This document shows, piece after piece, positions 47,089 to 58,896 of a DNA stretch of 64,000 nucleotides. The stretch's first letter is position 1; every line of letters begins with the position of its first letter. Origin of the DNA: Escherichia phage vB_EcoP_PhAPEC7; the sequence record NC_024790.1. One strand, written 5' to 3'. Position numbers and translations under genes: made by a program. The notes under the pieces are model-generated. The model did not search any database. It was not told where the DNA came from and worked only from the letters and a program-made list of their open reading frames with translations.

Positions 47089-49053
47089 TTACCGATTTTG
47101 TCTTGGTTGCATATACTCAGGCAGTCCTTGTGCCTGACGAAGGTATCGTTCAGCACGCTCCTTGTTTTCTTTCTCAACTGCCCGGTCTACAGAGGCCTGA
47201 GATTGAAAGTTACGTGGAGCCAGGTTAGTTGGGTCAGTCTGTACTTGTGCCTGTGCAGCTTGGAGCATTGCAGCAGCTTTAGTAACAGCCTCCTGTCGTG
47301 CAGGTAACAATGCAGTAAGACCAGTTTGTCCGGTGTTAATCTTATTCTGAGTATTTGTCAGTGCAGCTACGGCAGCATCATATGCAGTCTGTGCTGCTTG
47401 AATATTCTGCATAGCCTGAGCACGACCAAGGTTACGTACACTACCCTCCAGTGGTTCTCCCCGTTTCACACCCTCAATTAACTGTTCTACCTGACGGTCA
47501 TTAAGACGCATACCATTACCGGCTTCATTGGTAATGAATGGGTTAACTGCATCAATAGCACGACTAATATAACCCTCCGGTACACCAGTCTGTGCACGTT
47601 GCATAACAGCAGCAGCCATAGCTGGCGACATATTCCCACGTTGGGAAATATCGTTCAGTCGGTTCAGTACCCAGTTACGGTCAGCACCTTTAAAATCACC
47701 TTCCAGCAGACGGTTAGCAATCTCGCCTACTGGGGTATTATCAGTGACTGTACCAAGGAAGTCAGTATTAAGACTACCGGTATTATCCTGCATAGAACGT
47801 GTGCCAATCATACCCTGAGCCAGAGTAGATACTGCCTGATTACCTTGGTTATTCTGAACCATAGCGAGTGGGTCAGCCCCTACTTCAGCTTGGGCAATAA
47901 CAGGTTTAATCTGTTCCCAAGTCATATCCTTATAAGCACCTGGGGTAGAGTTAGGCAGAGCAGCCCAGGTATCTTTAAGGTTGCCATTCTTACGAGCCTC
48001 GAAGATAGCCTTACCAATCTTATCCTGGTTCTCAGGAGAAAGAGGCTGGCTTTGCCAGTCTGAACCAAGAACTTTGGGAGCGAAATCTTTCAGAGTAGCT
48101 TGGTTAATCTGGAATGCCCCAACAGGCGAAGCACCTTGGTTCGTCTTCATACCATCCTGGTGTTTAATTACATCACCAATACTCATTTGAGTAATAGGAG
48201 TAGATGTACCAGCAAACTGGTAGGTAACATCGTAAGGGGAACCCTGTCGTGTACCAGCAGTACCCGGAGCAGACGTAGCACCAACATTATTACCGTAAAC
48301 ACCCGGGTATGCTCGTGCAAGCATTTCCTGCAAACGTGCCTGTGCAACCGGGGACAGGTTCTTACTATATGCTTCTGCCAACAGACGGGCATCATTAGGG
48401 TTCTCAGCACCACGAGTAATCTGTGACATTACGCCCATAGCTGCCTGACTATCGGCATCATTACGCTGAGCAACACCCAAATCAAAACGGTTCTGTGCCT
48501 GATTAATAGCCTGACCACCTTGGCCTTGAAGACGACCCAGCATGTCCAATTGCTGGTCAGCAGGGAGTGCAGACAGTGCATCACGGGTCTGACTTAATGC
48601 AGCATTAATACGGTTCTGGTCACCGGACTGATAAGCCTCAGACAGTAAACGAATAGCTGGGGAAGCATTATCTAATGCAGTGTTAGTATCCTGTAAACGA
48701 CCAAAGCGATATGCATTGTAGTCATTGGTTCCCTGCTGTCCTTGTTGCGTCAGTAATGTACCTGCTCGCTCATCCAGATTCTGGAGAGTACGCTGATTTA
48801 CCAGTGAAGGATCAACCCCCTGAAACAGTGCACCAGATGCCAAAGCATTACGGTATTCATTCGGGTCTTGGTACTGCATAGCATTCATCATGACGGCATT
48901 GCCAGCCTCCTGCTTGGCAGCGTTCTGGAAATTACCCAGTGCATCACTTAAGCCGGAGGTGGCGTTACCAATCATGCTGCCAAATGTGCGAATGCTGTCA
49001 CCTACTCCAGAGAAGTTAGGTGCATCAACATTACGCCATGTAATTTGAGCCAT
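47089..49053 (-). CDS. Virion structural/internal protein (654 aa)
   Basis: Gln/Ala/Asn-rich large protein in the structural operon. Confidence 0.5.
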   Translation of the reverse strand: MAQITWRNVDAPNFSGVGDSIRTFGSMIGNATSGLSDALGNFQNAAKQEAGNAVMMNAMQYQDPNEYRNALASGALFQGVDPSLVNQRTLQNLDERAGTLLTQQGQQGTNDYNAYRFGRLQDTNTALDNASPAIRLLSEAYQSGDQNRINAALSQTRDALSALPADQQLDMLGRLQGQGGQAINQAQNRFDLGVAQRNDADSQAAMGVMSQITRGAENPNDARLLAEAYSKNLSPVAQARLQEMLARAYPGVYGNNVGATSAPGTAGTRQGSPYDVTYQFAGTSTPITQMSIGDVIKHQDGMKTNQGASPVGAFQINQATLKDFAPKVLGSDWQSQPLSPENQDKIGKAIFEARKNGNLKDTWAALPNSTPGAYKDMTWEQIKPVIAQAEVGADPLAMVQNNQGNQAVSTLAQGMIGTRSMQDNTGSLNTDFLGTVTDNTPVGEIANRLLEGDFKGADRNWVLNRLNDISQRGNMSPAMAAAVMQRAQTGVPEGYISRAIDAVNPFITNEAGNGMRLNDRQVEQLIEGVKRGEPLEGSVRNLGRAQAMQNIQAAQTAYDAAVAALTNTQNKINTGQTGLTALLPARQEAVTKAAAMLQAAQAQVQTDPTNLAPRNFQSQASVDRAVEKENKERAERYLRQAQGLPEYMQPRQNR

Positions 49054-49065
49054 GATGGGTTCCTA

Positions 49066-49530
49066 TTAACGAGTTAGTTCATTAGCTGCAATGTAAGCAT
49101 CAGCCGAAGACTGGTCACGATTCTCTGCTGTAGCACGACTACGAGCACGGTCTTCCAGTGCAGTGTTATAAGACTTAATCTGGTTATTCAGGTTAGTGTT
49201 AGTAACACTCTTAGTGAAGTTCAACTGGTCTTTGGCTAACTTGTTAGCCTGGAAACCACCGTAGATATTCGCTAAGGAACCAATTGCACCAAGTCCTAGT
49301 TGGAAAGTAGGTACGTTCATACCCAACTGATTAGCTGAACCAGATAAGAAGGAAGTTGGGGAAGCCACTCCTGTACCTGCATTCATACCAATAGCTGCAC
49401 CTGGGTTATAGTTCATAGCTGGGGTATTAAAGTTCTGATTGTTATTAGACATCCAAGACATAGCAGCTGGCTGTGGGGTTTGGTTGCCTGTTAAGAATGA
49501 CAAATCCATGGGGATTCTCCTGTTAAACAA
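49066..49530 (-). CDS. Virion structural protein (154 aa)
   Basis: Coupled ORF in the structural operon. Confidence 0.5.
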   Translation of the reverse strand: MFNRRIPMDLSFLTGNQTPQPAAMSWMSNNNQNFNTPAMNYNPGAAIGMNAGTGVASPTSFLSGSANQLGMNVPTFQLGLGAIGSLANIYGGFQANKLAKDQLNFTKSVTNTNLNNQIKSYNTALEDRARSRATAENRDQSSADAYIAANELTR

Positions 49531-52177
49531 GGTCAGTATTAAGAGTCATATCAGAGTAGCTGCCAACCATGTTTAAAGACATGTCAGCTATATCCGAACC
49601 AGTCATGAGAGTACGTGATAGAAATGAATCCATCGACTCCATTGACACAAATTGCATAGGGTCAATTACACCCTGTCCAGCAGTACCAAACATTTCTTCA
49701 TACTGCTTATTGATTGCCATCATATCAGTATTGTACTGCTGCATTACATTCTCTGCTTTCTGAATAGTAGCAGCCGTAGATGCATTAATATACTGGCTAA
49801 TACCATTACCTACTGAACTGGTAAGCTGCATGATGTTCTGAGCATTCATCATTTCACCAACTAAAGTAGACATAGATGCACCTGTAGACATGGCAGTACC
49901 AACGTTCATGGCCACCATTGAAGCAATAGCAGCAATGATAAAACCTAGCTTATCACCAAACAGTGAAGTGGATACTTTAGTGATAATAGATACCAGAATC
50001 ATTGCAGCAATGGCGTTTGCTACAGCACCCACTATTACAGCAGCTAACCCAACAAAGCCAAGCGATGCACCAACTGCACCGTATGCCCCAAGGATACCTG
50101 CACCACCAGCACCCATAGTGAATACGGATACAACAACAGCAACTACAACAACCACAATCTTAAAGGCAGACGATGTATACCACTTCTGTTTAACCTTCTT
50201 ATATGAGTTCATCACTAAGTAGGAACAGGCAGTAGACAGCTGTGTACTACGAGTCAGTGACATTGAACGGTAGATGTTAGTGTGTAGTGGAATAATGAAT
50301 CCACTCTCCTCTGCATCACCCATTGCTTCGGCAACATCAATGTTTACTGACTTATTTTTATATACCCTGTTGTTGTGGTTTAGCCCCAGTACCCTAAGTT
50401 TACGGTAGGTGTTGTTACCATCCTGCCAAAGCAACTCATACTCCTGCATAGAGTAAAACGTAGTAGTAACTTCCAGTTTCTTAGTCGAACCAGAGTTACT
50501 GGCAGTACGTATGTTCTTACGGGTAAGAGTTATATCTCCTGCATACCTGGCTCGAAGTTGTCCTTGTTTAGCACCAGTCCATGCTTCACCGGAATGAGTA
50601 GTTTCAGACACATAGTTCCAACCAATGGTCATGTCGTATTTGTACTGCTTATTACTATGTACCCTAAACTCTCGCTTAGGTATAACGGGGTATTCTGGCA
50701 AGGGTGGAGGTGTTCCAACAGTTTGACCTTCATGCCTGTTCCACCATTCTACGTATGCATCGACTGCATCATTTGCTGCCTGATAACCTGCAATCACTGC
50801 TTCCAGTGTGGGGTAGGTTGGGTCAGGTGGGAATGCTTCAGTAGCCATTTGAAAGAAACGGTAGATGTATTCCTTAGCAGTATCTTCCGGAGTATTAAGA
50901 GATACACCGAATGTGCCATAGATGTACTGAATATCACCTATGTCCTCATTCTTCTTAAGCTCGGTTACTACTTTATCAAGTTTACCGCCTGTAGCTTTAT
51001 AGAGTGCTTTCTTACAGTGGGGGTAGATTGGGTCATTCTCCACCCATTGTTTATCATTCCTGATTGGAATGAAGGGGTAAAATCGGTTATCAGTAGCTTC
51101 AGTCTCAAACAGTGAATCGAGTGCAACGTTGCCTGAGTTCTGCTTATAGATAAGCATCTTAGGTGTACCAACAGCAGTCATCTCAGTATCCGTACGAGTA
51201 GTCTGAGATGAGTACTTACGAACCAGTGTCTCTGTAGTTGTGGTGATTGTATCTGTGCGAGTAACACCACCACCTAAATCAACAACATTGGTTGTTACAG
51301 TAGTACTGGATTGAATCTCACCAAACTTTGTATGAGTCATTACCCTATCAGATATAACTACAGTTATATCATCTGGTTTCTCAGTGAATCCTCTGCGATA
51401 AACCTTAACGTAGGAGTTCCAGTTATCCACACTTGGTTCAGTAACAGTGCTGTCTTCATCCGGTCTACCATCAGAGTAAACAGAATGAGTCTGTATAGTC
51501 TTAGTAAGATTGGCTGTATTAGCTGTCGTATCACTTGAGATGGTAGTCCACAACAAAGTAGATGGTAAGTCATCTTCATCATCGTAGACAGTAATCGGCC
51601 CTACTACAGGTGGGTTGGTAGTAGGGGACTTATAGAATGAGTAATCAGCATAGAGATACAAAGCACCTGGTTCAAAGTTAGTAGGTGTGAATGTAATGGT
51701 AGAACCTCCATCCAGGGAGGTCATAGTAATTTCATTGGTATCTTCATCAATGTCTACGTCGAATCGTTCCATGATTCGACTTGGGGCATTCTCATAAAGA
51801 TACTGGTCACACCATTGCTCAAAGTCAGCAAAGCCAATCTCTGCTGCCTGAACATAGACAGATTCCCCAGCAGGTGGGGTAATTTGACCCTCTATAACAG
51901 TAGGGTCAATCTTAGCCAGTACACCTAAAGAAGAACCAGCCATACCAACTTCTGAGTCATAGTGGTTCTTACTCCAGCTGGAGAACAGTCGCATACGAAT
52001 ACCCGGCCCATTCAGATAACTATCGGAGATAGTGTCTGCCATAGTGAATCCTGTATCAGCAACAATCTTACCGATGACTACAGTCTTCATATAGTTTGGA
52101 CGTTTGTGTATATCCCCTGCCATGTTATAGACAGAGGATGCTACGTATACTTTGGTCTTCCCACTGAATAAGCCCAT
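49523..52177 (-). CDS. Large internal virion protein with C-terminal cluster of transmembrane helices (884 aa)
   Basis: About 90 residues of consecutive hydrophobic helices (IVVVVVAVVVSVF..., LAAVIVGAVANAIAAMILVSII...). Confidence 0.55.
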   Translation of the reverse strand: MGLFSGKTKVYVASSVYNMAGDIHKRPNYMKTVVIGKIVADTGFTMADTISDSYLNGPGIRMRLFSSWSKNHYDSEVGMAGSSLGVLAKIDPTVIEGQITPPAGESVYVQAAEIGFADFEQWCDQYLYENAPSRIMERFDVDIDEDTNEITMTSLDGGSTITFTPTNFEPGALYLYADYSFYKSPTTNPPVVGPITVYDDEDDLPSTLLWTTISSDTTANTANLTKTIQTHSVYSDGRPDEDSTVTEPSVDNWNSYVKVYRRGFTEKPDDITVVISDRVMTHTKFGEIQSSTTVTTNVVDLGGGVTRTDTITTTTETLVRKYSSQTTRTDTEMTAVGTPKMLIYKQNSGNVALDSLFETEATDNRFYPFIPIRNDKQWVENDPIYPHCKKALYKATGGKLDKVVTELKKNEDIGDIQYIYGTFGVSLNTPEDTAKEYIYRFFQMATEAFPPDPTYPTLEAVIAGYQAANDAVDAYVEWWNRHEGQTVGTPPPLPEYPVIPKREFRVHSNKQYKYDMTIGWNYVSETTHSGEAWTGAKQGQLRARYAGDITLTRKNIRTASNSGSTKKLEVTTTFYSMQEYELLWQDGNNTYRKLRVLGLNHNNRVYKNKSVNIDVAEAMGDAEESGFIIPLHTNIYRSMSLTRSTQLSTACSYLVMNSYKKVKQKWYTSSAFKIVVVVVAVVVSVFTMGAGGAGILGAYGAVGASLGFVGLAAVIVGAVANAIAAMILVSIITKVSTSLFGDKLGFIIAAIASMVAMNVGTAMSTGASMSTLVGEMMNAQNIMQLTSSVGNGISQYINASTAATIQKAENVMQQYNTDMMAINKQYEEMFGTAGQGVIDPMQFVSMESMDSFLSRTLMTGSDIADMSLNMVGSYSDMTLNTDLV

Positions 52178-52178
52178 A

Positions 52179-53021
52179 TTAGTTCAGCCCGTTGTTAGAC
52201 TTCAGCTTGGTCAGAATGGTATCAATACTTGCATTAGTGAAACCATTAGGTGGGTTCAAGCCTTCATCAATAGTCTTCTGTGTAATCCATGCATCAGTAA
52301 ACAGCTTAGATGCTTTAACTTCTGCATCACGTTGGTAAGAAGTAATCTGTTGAGAGTACAACTCTTTCTGCTTACCTACGGAACCAGTAACAGTAGCTCC
52401 ATCGCTTCGGGTATCCAGTGTCTGTGCACGCTGTGCTTCAGTCTGCTCAGTAATCAGTTTAAGCTGTTGAGGTAACATCTGGTCAGCGTTAAACAATGCA
52501 GCACAGTATGTTTCAGACTCAGTAGCAATCTTCATCTTAGTGAGAGCATATTCACTCTTAGCAGACAGTGCCTGAATCTTAGCCAGTACAAACTGTGCCT
52601 TAGAGGTTGCCAGTTGAACACGTGCAGTAACTGCCTGAATCTGTGCCATAGCAGCAGCCCAGTATGCCTGGTCACGACCAAGTAAGAACTGAACAGCATT
52701 ACTCATGCATGATTCCATCATAGCAATGTATGCTTTGGTGTATTCACCACCGGTAATACGGTTAGCTTTAAACTCAGCTTTAAGGTGATTGTGTGCAGAT
52801 TCCATTAATGCATCAAACGTACCACTACCACCTACTTCACGGGTAGTAAGTGATTCATTTGTTACTTTAGTAATAGCATCAAAGATTGGGGAATTATCAC
52901 CACCAGGGATATCCCATTCAGGACCAGACATATCAATGTCAGGGAGGGTAAAGTCATCACCCTTAGTTAACTCTTCTAGGAGTCGGTTAGCTTCTACCTC
53001 AGCAGAACAAGACATAATCAT
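52179..53021 (-). CDS. Virion structural protein (280 aa)
   Basis: Coupled ORF. Confidence 0.5.
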   Translation of the reverse strand: MIMSCSAEVEANRLLEELTKGDDFTLPDIDMSGPEWDIPGGDNSPIFDAITKVTNESLTTREVGGSGTFDALMESAHNHLKAEFKANRITGGEYTKAYIAMMESCMSNAVQFLLGRDQAYWAAAMAQIQAVTARVQLATSKAQFVLAKIQALSAKSEYALTKMKIATESETYCAALFNADQMLPQQLKLITEQTEAQRAQTLDTRSDGATVTGSVGKQKELYSQQITSYQRDAEVKASKLFTDAWITQKTIDEGLNPPNGFTNASIDTILTKLKSNNGLN

Positions 53022-53091
53022 TCCTCTTGGTTCAAAAAGAAACGGCCCACGGAGTTACCCCAGTGAGCCGTGTTGAACTGTAGCTTATACG

Positions 53092-53733
53092 TTAATCGTT
53101 CAGGCTACCAGCAGCAATCTGTGCTTGAGCCAGTTGAGCCAATTCTGCTTCAGTCAGCGGAGGCAATACTTCAATGGAGAACTCGCGTGCTTCTGTTGCA
53201 CGAATATCCGGTAAGCCATTCTTACCTTTACGAGTCGTAATGTTGATGAACTTACGCTCTTTAAGGAACTCGTAGATACAGTACGGAATATGATAACCAT
53301 TGTCAGTGACTTCACCGAATGGAACAAACTTACGTACAGTACCCATATATTCGTTAGCTACGGTGATAATCTCACCAGGCAGGTCTTTCTTCTTGGGGTC
53401 AAGGTTCTGGATACGTACACGAATCAGTCGAGTCTGTTCTGCACGAATCTTCTGACCCAGAGTCATTTTCTTAACACCTGCTTCTTGTTTTTCACCCAAA
53501 GGATTAACAGCAGCTTCTTTTACTTCTGGTTCATCTTTTGCTTGTGCAGCTTCAATCTTCTCACGAAGTTTCTCAACGGAGATGTTGTTAGAGAACTTAA
53601 TATTCATCAATGTTGCACGTTGCTTAAGAACATCAAGTTCGCTAGGCATTGCAATATCGTTAACGGTATCTTCGTTGCCCTGTACGTCCAGTTCTACGTC
53701 AGTGGTCGGTTTATCGTTAATGCTCATGTTCAT
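53092..53733 (-). CDS. Virion protein (213 aa)
   Basis: ORF downstream of the capsid gene. Confidence 0.5.
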   Translation of the reverse strand: MNMSINDKPTTDVELDVQGNEDTVNDIAMPSELDVLKQRATLMNIKFSNNISVEKLREKIEAAQAKDEPEVKEAAVNPLGEKQEAGVKKMTLGQKIRAEQTRLIRVRIQNLDPKKKDLPGEIITVANEYMGTVRKFVPFGEVTDNGYHIPYCIYEFLKERKFINITTRKGKNGLPDIRATEAREFSIEVLPPLTEAELAQLAQAQIAAGSLND

Positions 53734-53800
53734 ATTTCCTGTGGTTCAACTAGTTTTATTAAGAGGGGGACTTATGTCCCCCTTGTTTTATTTAGGACTA

Positions 53801-55003
53801 TTACAGAGGAGCAACAGTCTTAATCAGAGCCAGACGTTCTGGACGTTTAACCAGAATACCGTAGTACCACTTGATGGAACTGAAGCCAGTCTCACCATAC
53901 GGGTCATTACGGTCAGCAGTTTCTCGACCAGGCATCTTAGTCATAATGGAGAACTTAACAGACTTACCATCAGTCTGGAAGCCAATGGTAGAGAAGGAGT
54001 CATCACCAACTACCAGCATCGGGAATACGTCGTAGTGTTCTTGGCCACTAACCATAGAAGAACGGTAACCTGGGTTAGTAGTAACCTGAGCACCAGCACC
54101 TGCCCAATGAAGCATCTCAGGAACCTGGATAATACGGAACTTGTCGATACAACCAATTTCGCCGTTCATCAGAGTACCAGCATCAGCATAGTGCTGAACC
54201 TCAATGAATGCTTTGTTGCCGAACAGGTCTTTCATCGCTTTCAGTTCTGGAACCAGTTCAGAACCAACATACATTACACGAGTACCACCAAGTACTTTGG
54301 TATCAGTAAGTTTAGAACCAGTGATAATAGTAGTCTGAGTCGGGGTACGGTTCTCAGTAAGAATCTGGTCAAGACGCATCAGGTTCTTATAAGAAACTAC
54401 AGAAGGGGTAGCACCTTCACCAGTGATAGTAGCATCGGAAGTAGCAGCACCTGCATACAGTACAGTACCGGCAGCAGCCAACAGGTCTTTCTGGAGAACA
54501 GCTTCAGTCAACTGTACAGCACCGTTCATCAGTTCACGAGACAGGTGTTCTTTAAGTTGGTCATCAGAATCAAAGTCCAGAGACTCTTGAGTAAATTCGT
54601 AGAAGAAACCGAACTTATGGATGGAACCTTCACGAGACAGACGAGTAAAGCCTACACGGTTAACACGACCACCGTTCTCTGTCAGCAGAGGCAGTTTAGA
54701 GGTGATGTTACCAACGTCTCTGGAAGAACCATACAGGTTACCGTTAACGATGGTAGCACCATTAGCATCAATACCCTGGTCGTTGATGTTCTTATCGTCG
54801 AGCAGTGGAACGTACTCATACACCTTAACAGTCTTACCGTAGTTCTTCGGCATGTTAATGGTGTTAGCCAATGGCATGAAGTACTGATCTTTACGGGACT
54901 GAATAATAGCTTTCTTCAGCCAGTAATAGGTATTCATCTGGTCGGAACCAGCACCATCAATGCTAGATTTCTGACCGTCAATTGGGGCGTTATAGTTTAA
55001 CAT
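53801..55003 (-). CDS. Major capsid protein (N4 gp56-like, 400 aa)
   Basis: Size and position match N4 major capsid (about 401 aa); follows the scaffold-like gene and portal. Confidence 0.7.
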   Translation of the reverse strand: MLNYNAPIDGQKSSIDGAGSDQMNTYYWLKKAIIQSRKDQYFMPLANTINMPKNYGKTVKVYEYVPLLDDKNINDQGIDANGATIVNGNLYGSSRDVGNITSKLPLLTENGGRVNRVGFTRLSREGSIHKFGFFYEFTQESLDFDSDDQLKEHLSRELMNGAVQLTEAVLQKDLLAAAGTVLYAGAATSDATITGEGATPSVVSYKNLMRLDQILTENRTPTQTTIITGSKLTDTKVLGGTRVMYVGSELVPELKAMKDLFGNKAFIEVQHYADAGTLMNGEIGCIDKFRIIQVPEMLHWAGAGAQVTTNPGYRSSMVSGQEHYDVFPMLVVGDDSFSTIGFQTDGKSVKFSIMTKMPGRETADRNDPYGETGFSSIKWYYGILVKRPERLALIKTVAPL

Positions 55004-55019
55004 ATCATCTTATTCCTGT

Positions 55020-56240
55020 TTAAAGACTACCCGGTACTGGGAGTTTAGCGAAATCTTCATCACTCATAGCTAGTGGGTTTACAATAGGTGTTGCTTTACG
55101 TGTAGCAGCCCGATTAAGGGAAGCTGCTTTAGCTTGCTCGCTGTTAGCCAGAGTCTGCTTAGGTTGTGCTACACGCACTACCGGCTGAACTACTGGTTTA
55201 ACTGCTTGTACCGGTTCAGGCTTAGTCACTCGGTTAAATGCCCCTTGTTGTGCAAGGAGGTTACCGACGTGGTTATAAGCCTGAATGAACGGAGTACCTA
55301 CCGGAATCTGGCCTAACATCTGAAGACGGTTCACTTCGTTTGCAATGGTGTCATAAATACCATTCTCACGTTGTTCGTGAATAGTCTGGAGTAGGCCACG
55401 ATTCTGGTAAAGAGCATCTTTACTGGCAGCATCCCATGTCGAGCCGATAACACCTAATGTAGCTTGTCCTTCTTGAGTAGACTTTAAGTCGTCAATTTCG
55501 GTTGCAAAATCTGCTTCGGTGTCGGTAACACGGTGATTGCCACCCTGGTAGTTAATTTCCTCATCTGGGTTAAAATCCAGAGGGTCTGTACCAGAGTCTT
55601 TGAGCAACTTCTTAATGGCTTCGGGATTCTTTTTATCCAGGTCAATCAGGAAAGAAAGTTTATCCTCATCCATTAAACCGTTGTTCTGTAACATCAGCAT
55701 TACCTTACGGTAAGGCTTTAGTTCTTGCATCTTACGAGTATAGTTAGCACCCATCTGCATCAGGCTAATGGCCTCCTCCGGTGAACGGGGAGTAATCACT
55801 TTGCCGTTAGCTTTAAAAGGAGCCATCAACTTTTCGTAACTTTCCTTATAGTTGAAGTCAGCAGGCAGACCTTCAGACTGTTTGCCTTCTTCTTTCTGTT
55901 CCTGGCCTGGTTCAGTAGTAGAAGGTTCAGCTTTAGTAATCGGCTCGCCGTTACTATCAACTTCTGTGTCAACAACTTTATCATCAACTTTATCAGAAGT
56001 TAAAGGATTTGCTGAATCTTCTTCATCTGGTTCGGCTTCAGGGGGGGTTTCTTCGGTTGGTGGGTCTTCAACAGCAGGGGTGTCAACTTCTTCATCAGGA
56101 GTCTGTACGCCGTTGGTTTCTGGGTTGTTCTGAGTGGAAGTGTCTTCCTCAGCAATAATTGCTGGGGCTTCCATATTCAGAATCTCATCATCCGACATTG
56201 CGAGAATGTCGGAAGCTGTGGTTGCAGCTTCCGTAGTCAT
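55020..56240 (-). CDS. Putative scaffolding protein (406 aa)
   Basis: Highly acidic, Pro/Glu-rich N-terminal region; lies between portal and capsid genes. Confidence 0.45.
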   Translation of the reverse strand: MTTEAATTASDILAMSDDEILNMEAPAIIAEEDTSTQNNPETNGVQTPDEEVDTPAVEDPPTEETPPEAEPDEEDSANPLTSDKVDDKVVDTEVDSNGEPITKAEPSTTEPGQEQKEEGKQSEGLPADFNYKESYEKLMAPFKANGKVITPRSPEEAISLMQMGANYTRKMQELKPYRKVMLMLQNNGLMDEDKLSFLIDLDKKNPEAIKKLLKDSGTDPLDFNPDEEINYQGGNHRVTDTEADFATEIDDLKSTQEGQATLGVIGSTWDAASKDALYQNRGLLQTIHEQRENGIYDTIANEVNRLQMLGQIPVGTPFIQAYNHVGNLLAQQGAFNRVTKPEPVQAVKPVVQPVVRVAQPKQTLANSEQAKAASLNRAATRKATPIVNPLAMSDEDFAKLPVPGSL

Positions 56241-56259
56241 AGGAAATATCTCCGGTTAA

Positions 56260-56604
56260 TTATTCGTCTTCAGGTTCAGCACGAACTGCATCGAGTTCTT
56301 CTTCTACCTGTAGAATAACGTCAGCTTCGTTTTCGCCCATACGAATAGCGAGGTCGAGCCAACGACGTAAGTGCCCAGCAGCTTGAGCCATGTTCAATGC
56401 ATCTGCACGGTTGTTGGCTTCAAGCAGTGGGTCACCAGACTCTTGCACGTAACGTGCACAATCTTCAGTACAGAACTGGCGAAGGATTACTTTACGGAAC
56501 AGTGGATTCTCCAGAAGTTTACGTACATCTTCTGCATGTGCAACTGCACCTTTAGCAGCTTCTAGTCGATGTTCCAGTCCAGCGATTGTTGATTCTTTAC
56601 TCAT
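56260..56604 (-). CDS. Hypothetical virion-assembly protein (114 aa)
   Basis: Coupled ORF between the portal and scaffold-like genes. Confidence 0.45.
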   Translation of the reverse strand: MSKESTIAGLEHRLEAAKGAVAHAEDVRKLLENPLFRKVILRQFCTEDCARYVQESGDPLLEANNRADALNMAQAAGHLRRWLDLAIRMGENEADVILQVEEELDAVRAEPEDE

Positions 56605-56617
56605 GTGAAGGTCTGCC

Positions 56618-58888
56618 TTACAGGTTCATGCCAAGAGCCGATGCTGGGTCTTGGCTAGGGTCATAGTATTGGGAACTAAGTGAATAAGCCGGGTCTTGTT
56701 GAGCAGCTAAATCACGTTCTGGTATAGAGTTCCCGTTAGTCAAAGTATTATATCCAACAGCTGCAGATATGTTGGGGGTAGTTTCCCCTTCTTTAATAGG
56801 TGTTGTCAATGCCTTAGTTATCTGAAGATTCTGGTTTCCTTGAGATTGTGCTTTTTGTTTTTCCATATCACGGGCATGTTTAGTACCAGATTCCTGTTCC
56901 AGATAATCCAGGTCTTTAAGGTCACCAGCAGAAGCAGCCTCTTTAGCCTTAGCCATATTGAGTGCAATCTTGCTTTGTAACTCTTCATTCTCAAGCTGTG
57001 CTTTCTGAATTGCCAATTGCTTAAGCTGCTCTTCCATAGGGTCTGGCTGTGGTTGCCAAGTACGTAATTCATGAGCCAAGTCAGGCATACGTTTAAGTTC
57101 TGCAATCTTAGCTACGAGAGATAACGTAATAGTCTGGTCAACCGTATTACCCAATGTTTGAACCATGAAGCTCAAATCCTGGGATTTCTGGTTATCAATT
57201 TCAGCAGTGTTAATATCAACTTCAATATCGAAGTTACCTTTAAGGTCTTCACGGTTAATCTCTACGTACTGCTCGTTAGTAATACGTACTACTTCCTTCT
57301 CAGATAAGAACACGGCATTCATTGCACAAATCTTAGTGCCAATGTCTGCCATACCCTTAGCTAATCGGCGAAGGATTGCCATCTCACGTTTGGATGCTGC
57401 ATCAAGTGCACCACGAATACCAGCAGCCACGTCTCCATAAGCTGAACCAGTTACACCACCAGAGAATGCTTTAACACCAGTTAGGGATTCTGCTTCCTGG
57501 TTTTGCATCTGGGTCATTACTATTGCTGACTGAGGTAACTCAGGGAACTTATGTTCCATAATGGCCTGACTAGGATTGCCCTGCATTGGGTTATATTCAT
57601 AGTCTTGTCCATCGTCATATCGACGTCGGTTTAGTGTATCCAGCATCCCTTTAGGATAACCACGTTGACCATTTGCACTTCGACCTAACAGGTCAATCAT
57701 CCCACGCATAGTTGCACCAAGAATTGCTTGGTTATCTCCTAATAGTTCAGCATCAGCTTCGCCAAAGAGTTCACGTTTACGTGGCATGTAAGGAACAACT
57801 ACTAAAGGTAACTTACCATCCGGGAATGGGTTCTTCTCCATACGAATAAGAGTAGAACCAATCCAGGTAGCAACAATAGGTTCCAGAGAACCATCATCAT
57901 TGATGTCGTAAAATCCCCAGTATTCATAAGCGACAACTTTCTTGCGAAGTGCATCCTTAAACTGGAAGTCACTTGGAGTTTTACTTTCATGGTCTGGGTC
58001 AGTCATAGGACTGGAACTTTCCCAGTCAATCTTATCTAAATTGTGATAACGGTCCTTGTTCTTCATGAGGTCTGCTTTGCATGTCTCAAATGAAATAACT
58101 GCATACAGAGCCTTATCCAAATCACCATTACAGCTTGGGTCAATAACTACGTTATTGGGATTAAGCATTTCAACGGTAGGTCTGTTAACCAGTGCCTTCT
58201 CTACTTCTACTTCAGTAACCCCAGTCTGGATTGCATAAGTAGCTTCCCCAGTTTCATTGAAGTAGTTAACAGCTTCCTTAATATCTTCCGGCATAGTTTC
58301 ATCATACTCACGAGGATTCTCTGCCTGAAGCTGTAAAGCCTGCTGTAGAACATCTGCCTGTTCCTGGTTCTCAATTGGATACAACTGGAAGACTGGTGTT
58401 TCTGTTTTAATCTTAACAGTCTTACGTTCCCAACCAATACGAGCAATACCAGTACCATCATCTACGACACTGTGTACGTAATCATCTATCAGTTTCACTT
58501 TATTAAGCTGGGTACGGAATTGGTAGTTAAGAACTAATTCATTCTGTCGTGCAGCCAACTCATCTTCAAAAGTAACCGGAGTTACTTTAAAAAGTTTATT
58601 AGACGAAAGGAACGGCTCAGACAATGGAGCGTATCGCCACTCTGCCTGACGACGAACCAGTCTGGGCTGGACTTGTGAACGGCCTTTAACCTTTGGGGGT
58701 TTAGCCTTACCCTTGACTTCCATCAGGTCATTCCACTCACGAATCTGTGCCATAATCGCTTCGTGAGCAGGTTTAGCTGATTCCAAATCACCCTTCAGTA
58801 ATTGGATACTTGGTTCCTTCTTCCAGTCCGTTAGCTTCTCTGATTGAGCCGGGTCTGGTAAAGGCTTAAAAGTGTCTTGGTGTTCCAT
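56618..58888 (-). CDS. Portal protein (N4 gp59-like, 756 aa)
   Basis: Size and position match the N4 portal (about 760 aa). Confidence 0.65.
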   Translation of the reverse strand: MEHQDTFKPLPDPAQSEKLTDWKKEPSIQLLKGDLESAKPAHEAIMAQIREWNDLMEVKGKAKPPKVKGRSQVQPRLVRRQAEWRYAPLSEPFLSSNKLFKVTPVTFEDELAARQNELVLNYQFRTQLNKVKLIDDYVHSVVDDGTGIARIGWERKTVKIKTETPVFQLYPIENQEQADVLQQALQLQAENPREYDETMPEDIKEAVNYFNETGEATYAIQTGVTEVEVEKALVNRPTVEMLNPNNVVIDPSCNGDLDKALYAVISFETCKADLMKNKDRYHNLDKIDWESSSPMTDPDHESKTPSDFQFKDALRKKVVAYEYWGFYDINDDGSLEPIVATWIGSTLIRMEKNPFPDGKLPLVVVPYMPRKRELFGEADAELLGDNQAILGATMRGMIDLLGRSANGQRGYPKGMLDTLNRRRYDDGQDYEYNPMQGNPSQAIMEHKFPELPQSAIVMTQMQNQEAESLTGVKAFSGGVTGSAYGDVAAGIRGALDAASKREMAILRRLAKGMADIGTKICAMNAVFLSEKEVVRITNEQYVEINREDLKGNFDIEVDINTAEIDNQKSQDLSFMVQTLGNTVDQTITLSLVAKIAELKRMPDLAHELRTWQPQPDPMEEQLKQLAIQKAQLENEELQSKIALNMAKAKEAASAGDLKDLDYLEQESGTKHARDMEKQKAQSQGNQNLQITKALTTPIKEGETTPNISAAVGYNTLTNGNSIPERDLAAQQDPAYSLSSQYYDPSQDPASALGMNL

Positions 58889-58896
58889 AGTTAATC

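Noticed and set aside
47089-49053. Lytic transglycosylase domain in the 654-aa virion protein (GAFQI resembling the SLT GLMQI motif)
   Set aside because: Only a short partial match, with no catalytic Glu-Ser context upstream; insufficient to call an enzymatic domain.
53756-53790. GGGGGAC-TTAT-GTCCCCC hairpin between the capsid gene and the downstream gene as a minus-strand terminator
   Set aside because: The T-run is on the plus strand, not after the hairpin in the direction of late transcription; may be an RNA stability or processing element, so no terminator is called.
53582-55000. 472-aa plus-strand ORF, plus overlapping 53290-53823 ORF
   Set aside because: Entirely antisense to the major capsid and neighbouring virion genes; low-complexity Ser/Thr/Leu-rich translation and no RBS; treated as a shadow ORF.
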